Of a stretch of 64,000 nucleotides of DNA, positions 36,291-49,955 are shown one piece after another. Numbering within the stretch: the first letter of the stretch is position 1; every line of letters starts with the position of its first letter. Both the position numbers and the translations under genes were made by a program. The notes beneath the pieces were generated by a model. It searched no databases, was not told the DNA's origin, and worked only from the letters and a program-made list of their open reading frames with translations. This DNA is from Lama glama (taxonomy: Eukaryota), in contig CM052818.1 of assembly GCA_028534125.1 (NCBI GenBank), positions 45,510,001 to 45,574,000 of the forward strand. The letters run 5' to 3'.

Positions 36291-39200
36291 TCAGCACAAG
36301 AATAGGAAAATTATTATACGTTAATAAGTGGTCATGGCTAATAAGACTATCCTCTCTCCAACTACTCTCCTGATTATTTTACTAGATTGATAGTTTTCCG
36401 GTTGATTCCTTCGTGTTTTACCAGATACAAAAGAAGGGCAGAAGGGGAGCCAGCATCTGCTGAGTGCCCCATATGTATAACACGCTGTCCTGCAGATTTT
36501 TCTTGGGTTTCATTTTCTCCTCCAACTCTCAGAGGGAGGTACTGGTCCCTGCCGTACACGTGGCAGCTAACTCATCCAAGGTCACCAGGCTGCTAAGAGG
36601 GCAATCTGGAGCTTAAATCCAGGTCGATTCTGATTTCAGAATTCACGTGCATCCCGACAAATAATGATACAGTTAATGTAATAACCACCAAGAACGATAG
36701 AGTTATAATTTGTGTTCTTACTTCTGCGTCTCGTCTGGCAGCTTAATCTTGAGTTTCCTAAACAATATGAAATAGGAATGGGGGCCCTTCCCATTCCTCC
36801 TGCCCACTTTGTCTCCCCCGGACAGCTGTGACACAGGACTCTCATTTGAGAAAAGCCCCAGAGATGCACCCCCCCCAGACCCCTGTCCCAGGATGAGTAG
36901 CAGGGTGTCCGGGCAGGAGAGGTTGCTTGTCAATACGGTGCTGACTGGTAATTCTGCAGAGAACGAAGTGTTGCTAAGTGAAAAAAGTAGGCTTTCAAAC
37001 AGCAGATGAGGAATGATCCCACGTACGAAGTCACACCTATAAGAACACGGATCTGAGCAGGGGTGTCCCAGGGCTGGACGTACACCAAAGTGTCACCTCT
37101 TGTGCCAGGGTTACGGGTAGGAATTTTCTCTCCCCTCCTCACACTGTTTTGTTCTTAATGATTTTCTAATTTTCTCCTCAAAAGACAACAAGAGAAGAGA
37201 CCCCAGACCTCCCTCTGGGCTCAGATCCTCCTGTAAAGACCACCCTTCTGGGATGAGCCCATGGGAATCTTCTACTGCGCAGACATCAGCCTATCTCCGC
37301 CCTCCCCGTCTGTCCAAACAGTGCTGTAAAGCATTTATTCTGGGTGGTGAACAGGCCCAAGTCCCATCCCTCGGGCATCCTGCCTCAGAGCAGAGGAGCC
37401 AGGCCATCAACCAGTCGCATGCAGACAGACAAGGTCACTGTGGACTGGTCCATGCCAGGGAGGACGGGGTTAGGACACCATCTCCATACCACCGGGGAAG
37501 AAGGTCTGCCTGCCTCCTCTCTGTCCCAGCTCAGCTCCCAGGCCCTTCCAAGAGGCAGTCGCAGAACCAACTGTAGCCAGATGCATTTTCTCCCTTCCCA
37601 GCCAACACTCCCTTACTCCAGACCCTGCTCCTGTCTCACTTGGTCCCTTGTCATGTTTTGTCTTTGAACTAGATACTTCCGTGTCTGTCTCCCTGCACGC
37701 TCCTAGGAGCCACGCCTCACCAGCACCCAGCACGGGTCTGGCAGGCACAGGACGCTGTGAAGGCTGGCTCAGTTAAGCTGTGCCTCCCGTCTGGATGGTC
37801 AGCACCTTGAAGGCAGGACAGGGCCCTGTCTCTGCATCCTGTGTTCCCTGCGAACACGAAGAGAAACAGCTCCCCACTGCCATCCGTAAACCCTGCAAGG
37901 ACTGTCAGGTGGGGGGTGACAGGCAACCCTGGAAGGTAGGTGCCAACACCGCACGGAAAATAAGCAAGACCAAAAGGGAACGCACAGAGGAGAGAGTGCC
38001 ACTGGCAGAGATTGTTTTGGCCCTGTATTCTGCCAACTTTCTGATATACTGTTATATAACTCTTCCAATTAAAATAAGTGGTTTATGCAGTCCGCTGTCT
38101 CCTGGGCTCTGGCGTTCTGCCCCACTGACCTGGAGGACGTGGCCCAGCGGCTCAGGGGAAGATCTAGGGCACCAGGAAGGAAGGGAGGGAGGTGAACGGC
38201 GGGGACGGGGCAGGCTGGCTAGCCCAGCCAGGTCACCCCAAGCTCTGGGACAGCCAGTCAGGGGAGCAGGGACACGAGGACTCATCCAGCTGGATTTTTC
38301 TAGAGGCCTCAGGGGAAATCACGGACCTCAAGGCTAAAATGCATTGGAAAGTCAGCCCTGCAGGAGTGGCAGGATGCGGGGGGTCTGTACTAGGAGTCCC
38401 CGGGCCCCCTGTGGTTAGGAGTGGGAGTGCCCCAAATCCGTGGGCTGGTGCTGCTGCGCCGGGTCAGGGCTCCCAGCTGCCTAGGCGCTTGGACGTGCCT
38501 GGCCTGAGAGGCCTTCCTGGTTCCAAAAGCTGAGGGTCAGGTGGGAGAGGAGAGTCTGCTTCCCAAGCTGGTGGGGGATCTGAGTGAGAAGGGGACCTCA
38601 GGTCCGAGGGGGTCAGCTCTGGTCCCCGCAGGAAGGAGCTGCCCCAGGGCCACAGAGGCTCCACCCAGAAACAAAGCTGCGGGGTGTGACCCAGCCTGAG
38701 CCCGGGGCTCAGGGCGCTGAAGACCCAGGGACCGCCGGCACCCCCGCAATGCAGGGACCTTTCCCCTTGGCTTAGGATTCTGAACCAGTAAAACCCACCC
38801 ACTCCAGGGCACTTTGTGCCCGATATCATCAGTACTGAGCTCTGCTCCGCCACCCAATCTCCAGTTTCTAGGAACGTCCCTGTCACTTGTCACTTTAGAT
38901 CCCTTTAAATCTTAATTTTTCTATTAACAAGTCAGATGATAATGATGATCCGTCGAGGCCTCCACCTACCTCATGACTTATTCATGGAGAAGCAGCATGG
39001 TGTTTTAGACGGAGGACTTGCCGGAAGGCCTGGCTCTGCCCCTCCCGGAACAAGCCCTACGCTCTGGGTCTCAGTTTCTTCCCTGCCTCCCATTCTGGCC
39101 CGGGAGCCTTGCCCGCCACCTCCCCGGGCCCCGGCCTTGCTGGCCCACAGGCCCTTCTCCTTCCGGGAGCATCCTGCTGGCCTCACCGGCCTGGCACGCG

Positions 39201-42200
39201 ACTGTAGCTCTGAGAACTTGTCACACCTGTTCAAGACTGTCCTCCCTGCGGGGTAAGGCTAGTGAGGGGACAGGGAGGCAGGGACCCTTGCGGCACTGAC
39301 CTGCTCACTCGGGAGGGCACTGAGGGAAGGAGGGGTGGGGAGAGGGGCCCCAGGGGCTTGCAGAGGCGATGGGGATGCCGGCCTCCTTCTCCAGGTTCAG
39401 CCCCGGCTTCCAGGCCAGGCAGTTGTGGGGTCCCCCTGCCCCGTTGGCAGTGCCACTGACACTGGGTCATACCTGTGTGCTCCCCTGCCTGCCCCCCCCC
39501 ACCAACTGGGGGCTCCCCAGACATCAAGCCTTACCCATCAACCCCACATCGAACACACTGCCTGGAACACAATAGGGGCTTAATAATTGATGGAGGGCAT
39601 GGAGTGGGTGCTCAACACACGCTCAGGTGGAAGAAACTGTGCCTGAGGAAGAGCCTCTCGGAAGATGGTCCCTCCTGACCTCGGCCACACAGCCCTGGCG
39701 CCACATGGCCCTGCCGTGAGGCTCCCACCACGGAAAAGCAAACTTTCAGATCTTCAGCCCCAGTTGGAGAATGATCAGAAACACAGATGTAGCAAAAGTG
39801 AAATCCGAAGCAACTGGTGAAAGCTGACATCCACTCACCGCACCCCCACTCTGTGGGCCACGCGGACCTCGTGCTTGAGGGTCAGGGGAAGGGCCGCCAT
39901 CCAGGCGCATTCCTTCATCTCCAAACTCAGCAGGCAGAGGAAACCAAGGATGGGAAACTGTCTTTTCAGGAAGAGAGAACCGAGGGGAGGGCAGCCGGGC
40001 CTGGGGACTGCTGTCTCCGCGCCCCTCACGGCAGCTTCCTGAACAGGAACCGGGCCAAACCCGGGCCGGGACCCCGCTCGGTCAGACAAAATTCAACACG
40101 CCCTGTGGCCAGCACTTCCTCTTCCTGCCAGCATCGAACAAACCGTTCCTCAGAGAGGCAGTCCAGTTCTGCACACAAGGACCTAGAGCTTCCACAGCTG
40201 GCGACAAAGTCGCAAAACAGGCCAAGACCAAGCCAGGCTGGAATCCTAACCCCAAAGTCCCCTAAACGCACACATGCTCGCGCGCACACACATACACACA
40301 CCAAGTTCTGGGCACGCAGCTGTGGGCGTGACAGGTGCAAACACACGTGTGCTGCCTCCATCCTCTCCCCCACGCCCTCCCCACCCAGGACTGCTGGGAA
40401 CTAGGCTGGAAGAAAATAAAGCTGGAGGCGCTGGGGGTCAGGTGGGGGTTCAGCAGAGAAAGAAGAAAAGGGCTCCTAGATTGATTTAGCCACCTCCCCT
40501 GGGGCCCTGCCAAGGACAAGCTCGGGCTGCACTGGGCAGGATGCCAAACCCAATACCTGAGTCCCCACCACCCCTGGGGCCTAACCCAGTAGTTTCTTGT
40601 AGATAAGTGGACCAGGTACGCGCCTGCGCGGCGAGATAAGGGCTATAGAGAGAAGGAGAAAGTTGGTTTTTCCAGAATGCTCAGAAGCACATTTCAAGGA
40701 GTGAAACGGTTTCAAGGACACACTGGGGGTGGCTGAGGGAGGCCAGAGCCTTTCCCTTTTTCAAAATCCTAAGTGGAATTTCTTAAAGCAAAACTAATTC
40801 TGGTCCGGTTGGATTCTTGCTTCTTTTGAGAGCACACACAGCTTGCCCTGGTGGATCCAAACACAACATACGTCATTCGATGAAGAGGGAATCCAGTAGG
40901 TGACAGTTTCCAACCGAGTTGGCTGGCTTACCTGCCACCTCCTCCAGGGATCCCGTCCCAGCACTCCCACCTAACCGGCTGCCACGGGAGTCCTATCAGA
41001 GCCACCATGAGAACACCTCCCTCTGCCCGGTGAGCCCCTGGGGGCAGAAGCCGGTCCTGCAGCTCAGGAACTGGCTCCCTGGCCAAAGGAACTGAACTGG
41101 AAAGCAACCAGGAGGTCCACGGGCACTACTTGTAAAAATGACCACAAACCAAGCATGTTTTATCAACCAGCTCCCTGCCCTGTGTTGGCTCCATGCTCAT
41201 TTCTGAGGCGGCTCCAGGCCCAGTCCTGGGTGGGGGCCTCACGTCAAGGACACAAAAAGTACCAGCCACAGGCCCACATCTCATGCAGCCTGACCCTCCG
41301 CCTAAGACCACCCTAACAAGAGGGTCCCGTCGCCGTCCCCCCGTCGACGGCAGAGAGAGGAGGGCCCATCAGAGCTGAGGGGCAGGAGCGGCAGGAGCCA
41401 GCATCAGGCCTGGATGGGTGACTCTCTCCTCTGAAGTGCACTAGGAAAACTCACTTCTTCCTGAACAGAACAGGGGCAGGAGGCACCCTGGGGCCTCCAT
41501 CTGCTTCCGGTCTCATCGCTGGGAGGGAAACCATGGCTCCCACCTCCCTGCAGCAGCAGATGCCTCTGGATTATTTACACTCTGGAGTGGGCTGGCCAGG
41601 GCCCAGCTCAGCTCCACGCAGAACCCAGACAGGTGCACAGGGCAAGCGTCTACACTCACCCGGTCCCCAGACTCCCGGCCAGAAGGCAGGAGGTCAGACA
41701 GATGCCCCTGCAGGGCTGAGAAGGGAACCCTGAGACCTCTACAGGTCCTCCTGACACTGTGAGGCTGGAAAAATCCAGACAGACTGTCCCAAGGGGTGGG
41801 GGACGGAGCATCTAGCCATGAGGGCTGCTGGGGTCCGTGGGAGCCCCAAGGAAACAAGCCCTACGAGGCAAGGTGGGGCACAGAAATCAGGCCACAGGCA
41901 TTACATGACTTTTCAGGGCACAGAGGGACGGCCCCCTCTCCCTGGCCCCGCGGAGCTGGGGGAACGTCCCTCTGCTGCAGCCGCCACCCCAAAGCAGCGT
42001 CTCTAGGTGGCTGGTGTAGGACAGGTGGGGCAACCACATGCCAGGCAGACACAGCAGGGAAAAGGCCGCAGGCTGCCACCAGCTTGGGAGACATGCTTCA
42101 GGGAAAACCTAGCCATTCGTCTGCTGTCTCTCCCTGCTCAGGACAGATGCTGGCTAAGAAAACGAAGCCAGTTGTGGCAATGACTTCCAACAGATATAAT

Positions 42201-43222
42201 CAAATTGTCTGTTCCTGGATTCTGCAAGTACTGAAATGTCGTAATTCAATTCCTGAAATGTCATTTGGAGCGGCTGGTGCAGGCGGTGGGGAAGCTCAGT
42301 AAACACCCATCGTTCAAGCCCAAAGCACACACCTGTGACCCTGAGCCCGGGCACCCAGCGCCGGGCAGGGGGCCAGCCGAGGCTGCTACGGGGGCCAGGC
42401 GGAGGCACGTGGTGACCGAGAGTAAACGTTTACGAGTCTGTGGGAGGTGTGCTGCTGGAGAAATGTGCATGCAACACTCTGAGCCTGGTCCCCCTCAGAG
42501 AAGGGGAAAAGGCCTGACAGGAGAAGCAGGGACACTTAGGTAAGGAGGAAGTCAGGGGAGGGGAAGGAAGGTTCCATGAAACCCAGGAGAATTTCCTTCC
42601 AACATTAGCAGGTGCTCTTGGGGGCTCCTCCCCAGGCCCCTCCTTCCCAGACACCTGCAGCTGCACCGGAGGGCGAAGGATGTCGCCACCACTCAGGAGC
42701 GTCGCCACGGGCTCCTGGGAAAGCCTGGGTGAAGGGCAAGCTCTGCCACCACGTCCTCAAGCAGGAAGCCCACGCTGAGTGACCTCCGGGACCCCACGTT
42801 CTGGGAGCCCGTGCGCCCAGCAAAGGGAGGAGGGCACAATCTCCCAGTGTCACTGCAGGCTCTTCCCTGGACTGTGGCCTCAAGTGTGGCCTCTTCCCCA
42901 TTCCCAAAGGCCCACCCTCCGCTGGGAGGCCGATCATGGCCAGGTGCCTTCCCAGTGGGAACATCCCATCACCCAGCGCCTGCACCCACTCTGCGCCCCA
43001 GTCACACCCTGCCCTGCCCACCACTCAGCAGGTCCACTGAAGGCCACCGTTCCCTGGGCACCGAACACTTTCTACACGCTAAGGCGACCGTGACCTAAAA
43101 TGGCAGGTGTAGCATCTCCGCCTCACAGCCTAAGACCCACGGCTCAGGGATAAGGAACAACTCACCCAAGGGTGTGCAGCCACAGCGCCAGCTCGAGATC
43201 TGAACCACGTCCTGGCTTCGGG

Positions 43223-43380
43223 CCAGGGGGTCTCACACTTTGGCCAACCTGGGCACCCTTTATGGAGCTGGTTTAAAATGCAATTCCTGGCCCTGCCCTG
43301 GAGATTCTGATCAGTGGATCTGGGAGGACCCACGAGTCTCACCTCAGCCTGCCAGTTCACTGGTGGTTCTGAGGGAGGGT
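43223..43380. mobile_element. MER5-type hAT DNA transposon
   Basis: GGAGCTGGTTTAAAATGCAATTCCTGGCCCTGCCCTGGAGATTCTGATCAGTGGATCTGGG. Confidence 0.7.
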
Positions 43381-44599
43381 GGGTCACGCCTTCCAGAAAC
43401 ACAGCAACACACCGGCACCTCTCATAGAACTGAAATCCCACACAGGGAGGTCATGGCAGTGAGCACGCGCTGACACATCCAAGTCTGGGGGCAGCGGAAT
43501 CGGAGGTGATGGAGGGTGAGCCTCCAGCCAGCCACACTGGAGGGCATGCTGCTCACTTCCCAGTGCTGGCTCTCAGAGCCAGAAATAGTCTCCCTCCCTG
43601 TCGTGGGGTCACAGTGACCTTAGAAGAATGGCTACTCTGCTGCTCTGCTCTTTACTGTATTTGTTTGGGGGAAAAAAAACCCTCTCATCTTCAAGTCCAC
43701 TTAGAAAAAAGAGAGAGACAGCTTGGGCTAGAGTGAGAAATGGTGCTGCAAGGCTGTGTGGCTCTGAGAAAACCACCTTCCCTCTCTGGGCTGGAGATTC
43801 CCCCAGCCATGCTGTCCTCTAAGATCCTTCTCTGCTCTGGAATTGCCTGATCTCATTTTCTAATACAGGGGATGGTCGGGCTAAAGCCACCATTCAAAGC
43901 AGTCCCTTTATGGGCACTTCTATCTGACAGAGGACCACAAGTGTGGACAGAGTCCCCCTTCAGCGTTAGGGCCGGGGAAAGGCCAGGACAGGTGGCACGT
44001 ATGTGCTCCCATAAACAAGCATGCATTCTGTGCAGCCTCAGGGCCTGCCCCCACCCCCACCCCCACAGCAGCAGAAATGGGATCCCGAGTCTGCAGATAA
44101 ACACAGGGACTGCTCTGTGCCCCCGCCAGGCTGCTAACTGGCAGAGCCTCACAATAGCACATTGTGATGGCCTCGGCCTCCTTTCATCCCCACGGCTCAC
44201 CTTTCCTTCCTGGAGAAATCTAAATGAGAAGGTAGAGGGACGAAGAGAAATGTTCCTTCTCTGTTCTTTCTGTGCTCCCCAGATGGCTCTCCGCAGAAAC
44301 AACCCCCCGAAAACTCCAGCCTGATCTCTCAGGGGAGCAGGACCCAGAGGCAGTGGAAGTTCTGTCTGCGGTTACACCACCCTCCCACAGGTGCCATCCC
44401 CCCCTGACGGTCAAGTGCTGCCCACACACCTGCCGCGGGCTCTTCTTGCTTCCCTGAGGCCTCCCCAGCCTGTGGCTGCCACCCTCCCCCTACCAATGCT
44501 ACCACTCAAGTTCTTACTACTCCCTCCCCCATAGTGCTGCATACGGAAAGTGCTCAATAGAGACTGGCTAGTTGAGCAACCCAAATTCAGGGATAGCAG

Positions 44600-44800
44600 A
44601 GTCAAGCTGATCCAGCACTGAGCCCTGCTGGACTTCACATCCGCTGTGCGGCCTTGGGCACATCACTTAACCTCTCTGAGTCTCCGTTTCCTCATTATGA
44701 AAGAGCGATGATAACCCCAGTTCGCAGGGATATTGTGAGAATCAAATTAGCTGATGTACATGAAAGCACTTGGCAAGCTTTCAAGAGCTATGGAAATGTG
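44600..44800 (+). mobile_element. MIR SINE
   Basis: GCTGTGCGGCCTTGGGCACATCACTTAACCTCTCTGAGTCTCCGTTTCCTCAT...TTGTGAGAATCAAAT. Confidence 0.8.
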
Positions 44801-46679
44801 ATTAATGTGATATCAAAAGAAAACAGTTGCCATAAGAGATGCTAACCTTCCGATGTAATAGAGCGACGTTTATAACATAGGGAGGGCTGTCAGCATAATG
44901 CTAAGCATTACGTACACAGCTTAGGAAATCAGCTGCTAAGTAATTGATGAATTGACCATCTCAAGTCCCCAGACACAACTGGTTTCACAAAACCAATGAG
45001 GAGAGAGCCATAAGACCCAGACAGCCGGGGCAGGCCAGGATCCTTTGTTGGCGTTCTCTCTTCCCATAATTTGAAGACAATTAGGGTAACGGATTCAGAT
45101 TTCAGAGACAGAGCAAAATGTGAGTTATGTTGTACACTTTCCCCATTAGATGATGGACAGAAGTGAAACCAGCCTGTTCGCTCTCTGATCTACCCAGCCA
45201 CCCACCCCTGAAGACCACTCACTGAGCCGGGCGACCCCGCCTGGGAGCCTGGGACCACCGTCTGTTGCCTTGGGGGGGGGCCAAACACACGCCGGGGTTT
45301 CCAGGTTTGCCTCACCCAATCCGATCTAATATTTATAGAAATAGAGGCCCCCAGCAAAAGGGCAGGGCTGTGGGCTCTGTGAGAGCAGGGCCCACGTCTG
45401 GCCATCTCGTCCCTACACAGTCCCAGCACCTTACAGATGACCAGCACACACAGGGTCCAGGAGAGACCTCCCAACAGAAGGCTGTTGGCTAAGTGATGAA
45501 AGGAGAGAGGTGGTGGGAGGGAGAAGAGGAGGGACACCGAGGGGAGAGGCGAGGCTCCCAACAAACCCTTCTGGACCGATGAACTGCTCTGGGCCGCGCA
45601 CAGGGCCCAGCCCTCAGACTGCGAAGACGGCTGGTTTCCTGTCACATGGGACTTGTTTTCCAAAGGGAACCTTGATAAGATTTGTCTTTATTTTTTGGTT
45701 TTGCTTTCCATTTTGCATAGAACAGGAAGGTCACATAGTCTCCAAACCCTCAGCTCACCCTTCCCGGGAGCCTATGGAACTTCTCAGGCTCCTGGAGGAG
45801 GCTGGGTGTACCTGGAATAGCCCTGGCCCCGCCCTGCCCCGCCCAGCGCTCTCCTCTCTGGCAGTCCCCTACCAGGCACGCCTCCCTGGCACCCCGTACC
45901 CAGAGGGGAGTCGGCAACCCCCACACCCGTTCAGGCCGCGACTTCATCAATGTGCTCTTGGGGGTCTTACTGCCCTCATGAGACTAGTGACCAACACCCC
46001 CAACAGGAGATCGGGTGGCACGTCAGCTGAGGAATGGATGACTGAACAAAGACCCAGTGAGTGATGGTGCTGTTCAGCCCTCAGGCCAAACTCGACGGTG
46101 ATGCAGAAGGACGTAAAAAGCAAATTCAGGGTCTCACGAGCTATGGGAAGAAAGGGTAACTAGCCTTCTTTGAAAGGGGTTTCCCCGGGTGTGTTAACAC
46201 GTTTCTGAACATGGAAATAAAAGTCCACCACTGCTGGGAGCACTGGACTCTGCTAAGGCGGCACTGACTCAGGATGGAGAGGAGCCGGCCTGACTGCAGC
46301 CGCCCATCAGGACCATGATGTGACTAAAGTCAGGATCCCGGGAGGGAGGGAGGCGGGGGCTGTGGTTTATCTGGGTTTGGAGGGTGAGGCCCCCAACCAC
46401 CTACCACCCAGCAGGCCTGGAAAGCAGGCGTGTTTATGGTTCAGAGACATGCCTACTTTGCCTTCGAGGACCAGGGCTCTAGCTCGAAGGCTCCACCTGC
46501 AGAGAGAGCCTGAGAGACGGAGGCCTCACTCGCCGTGGCTCAGGGGTCCCTTCAGGCAGAGGGGTAGGAGATGGGCTCTCAGAGCCAACTCTCTGACCTC
46601 AGCGCCGTCACACAGGCCTTGAGGGCGGGGAGGGAGTAGGGGTAAGTCTAGGAACAATGGCACCTCGTTTAAGCTTCTT

Positions 46680-47068
46680 CTTTTTTTAATTACTTTTTAA
46701 ATTGAAGTATAATTGATTTACAATGTTGTGTTAGTTTCTGCTGTAGAGCAAAGTGATTCAATTATATATACATTCTTTTTTCAGATTCTTTTCCATGATA
46801 GGTTATTACAAGATATTAAATATGGTTGCCTGTGCTGTAAAATGGGTCCCTGTTGTTTATCTCTTTTACATATAGTAGTTTGTATCTGTTAATCCCAGAC
46901 ACCTAATTTATTCCTTAACCCCTCTTCCCCTTTGGTAGCTGTAAGTTTGTTTTCTATGTCTATGAGTCTGTTTCTGTTTTGTAAGTAAGTTCATTTGTAT
47001 CATTTTTTTTAAGATTGCACATACAAGTGATATTATATGATATTTGTCTTTCTCTGACTTACATCATA
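46680..47068 (-). mobile_element. 5'-truncated cetartiodactyl-type L1 3' end
   Basis: Same 3'UTR family as 20748-21001; imperfect TSD GTTTAAGCTTCTT (46667-46679) / GTGTCAGCTTCTT (47069-47081). Confidence 0.92.
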
Positions 47069-49694
47069 GTGTCAGCTTCTTAACTGCTGGCCTGCAATTT
47101 CCTACTTGCAGGGACTATAAAGGAAAACAGATGTGGGAGAAACCAGGTAAAAAGGAGCCCCACGGACGCCCGCAAAAGCACAAGCCAGAGGCTCCCAGAT
47201 CACCTCTGAGGCTCAACTCCGTCTTGAGGGCCGCTGGCAGCCCCTCACTGGCCTGCCTGCGCCTCTGCCCACCACAAGGCCACTATCATAGTCATCAGGA
47301 ATTTCTGAAGTAGGAAGAGGCTCTTCTGACGGTCACACTACCGATGTATTCTTATTTCCCTCCCCAGACTTTCTATTAAAAAAGTAGAGCTTGACCCAGC
47401 TATCTTGACAACCTGACATTACACCTGTCCTCCGTTTACAGAGTGGGACCAGAGTCATCACAATAAGGGCCATGTTTAGCCAGCAGCTCATTGTGAACCA
47501 GGAGGAAGATTTCTGCTTTTCCTGCTTGGGAAAAGCAGCAGGCTTGGGGGAAGGGGATGGGCAGGGGGTACAGCTCAAGGTCACAGCTAGAGCCCTGGGG
47601 GGCTGGGTACCCCTGGGAAGGCGTGAACCCTGCTATTCCTTATGCTTTTTCTTCCCTGGTAAGAAAACATTCTTTCTGCCTAAAGAAGTTGCTGCGATTT
47701 CATAACAGGAAGACAGCTTCATTGTTATTACTGCTGGAGATGGGACTGTGTGGGGAAGAGAAACATGATTTCTTGATTTTCCTTTCTAAACTGCAGGTGG
47801 GGAAAACAACGGGAGTAAATAACACTGTTCTGCAAACAGCTCGTGGGGAGGGCAGGAAGGTTGTGATGTCTGAAAGAGCATTCTGGTTCTATGCTCAATT
47901 AGGGTAATCTAATAACGATGCAAGAGGCATTTCTGATCTTTCTAATATGCTCCTAAGGGGCAGAGGCATCACCAGCGATGGTGCGAAGCCAGTCAGGGCA
48001 GACCCACAAGGGTCCGCTCCCTCCCGCATCCACCTGGGGTCGTTCATCGGCACCTGCTGCCGCCTCTGCCTGCACCAGCACCACAGAAGGTGTGAAACTT
48101 GGGCCTGGCCGCACACAGCTCACAGCGTAGATGGAGGAAGATAAGGAAACACTGAAAAATAATAAGGAAAATGCTCGCGTGGGAAAGAAGGAAAGCTGAG
48201 ATGGTGTATGCACACTGACCCTGGGCTAGGCCGGGGCATGTGAACTTCATCACGTGGCTGTCACGTGGCCATCACCTGCCCGGCTCTCTCTCCCCCTCAC
48301 CTTCCTCACTGCCCCCGGGCTGCCTGGTCTCGTGTGAACCACCATTCCTCCTCCATCCCACTCGGCCACCCAGACCTTTTATATAAGAACGCAGTTGCCT
48401 GAATGGATGGTGTGGGCTCATAGTAGGAGTGCCTGCTCCATCCCACAGGCGGAGAGCATCACTAATTTAAATAGCTTTAAAGATGAGGATTTATGAGCAG
48501 GATTTGGGGCATGGGTAGCCAGTGAAGGTGTGAGCCCCCAAACGTGGCTGGGCCTGAGAACCACACAGGAGCCCAGGGCGGGAGCTGGACCTGGGGAGGT
48601 GGCTGGGCTGACGCCTGGGGGAGGCCGGGAGCAGGGCCAGGCCTCCACGGGAGGCACCTGGAGAATAAAAGTGAGGGCGTCTCAGTACATCAGCCACTCA
48701 TTTGGTGCCACCAATGCTGGGATGCTCCTTCCTGCCAGCCGAACCCCAGGGTGGCGTGGCTACGGGGCACGGGCTTGCTGTGGGGACAGACAGACCTGGA
48801 TTCCCCTCCTACCCAGTTACTCAGCCTTTCTGAGTGGCTGCAGGACGAAGGGGACAGTGCGTGTGACGCCCGTATCTGGGCACCTGGCACAGAGCAGGCC
48901 CCACCCACCACAGCCTGGCGGACCTGTCCTGCCTCAAGCTTCTCCTCCGCCTGCCCTTCGAGGCCTAATTCAAAGCCACCGCCCAGAGTCCCAGGCTAGA
49001 AGGGTCCCCCACCGTGGGCTTGGGAGCTGCATATCCTGCAGGTTACCCAGCCCTGCTGGGCGTCAATTTATGTATAAAACAGAGACAGTAAAAGGCCTGG
49101 CTCACAGGGTTATTGCTGGACTCAGAAGAGCCAATGAATGAGTGAGTGGAGACACCACAGACGAGTAGGGACTAGGGCCTGGCCAGGGCTGGGGGTGTCA
49201 GAGGAGCTCCGGTTCTGACCCTCCCACCAGCCGGCTGGCACGGGACCGCCGTGTGGCTTCGAGTGGGCGCCCAGCGTGCGTCCTTGCCCGCAGCGCCTGC
49301 CCCAGGGTTCGGGCAGGATGAGGACTTGGTAGTGGCAGAGGGAGAGGGGTACCCTTCACCTCGTGTGATGTAAGAAATGGGGTCCGATCCCACAGAACCC
49401 AGCAGGTCAGAGCTGAGATCTTCTTGGCCCAACCCCTCCATTCCCAAGCCCCGTGGAGTCCCACGTGGGGTTCAGTGTCGCAGCAGACAGCAGGTGGTGG
49501 AGGGGGCGTCCCCATCCAGACTCTTCCCACGGGGGGCACGGTCTCCTCACAGGCACGAGGCACCAACGCAGCTGGCAAAGCAAACCGCCCGGGTCTTGAG
49601 GCCCCAGCCCAGGGCCGGTCTCAGAAACCAACTGGTGCTTCCCAAGGAGGGGAAAGGCCAGGGCAGGGGGCGGGAGAACCAGTGAACGACCTGC

Positions 49695-49955
49695 CTCTCC
49701 CCTCCCTCACCTCCCCCTCTCTCTGTGTGTCTCTCTCCTCACCTTGTCTCTGCATGTCTCTCTCTGTGCATATCTCTTTCTCTCCTTCTCTCTCCATCTC
49801 TGCCCACCGTGACTCTGTGTCTCTCTCCTCTCTGAGTTTCTCTGTCTCTAACCGTGTCTTTCTCCCAGTGTGCGTGTCTCTTTCTCTCACTGTCTGTGTC
49901 TCCCTCTCCCTCCACCTCTCCCCTCCCCTCGGCCTCCCTGCCTCCTTCTCTCTGC
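49695..49955. repeat. Pyrimidine-rich (CT/GT) low-complexity tract
   Basis: About 260 nt of CTCTCT/GTCTCT repeats with very few A. Confidence 0.85.
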
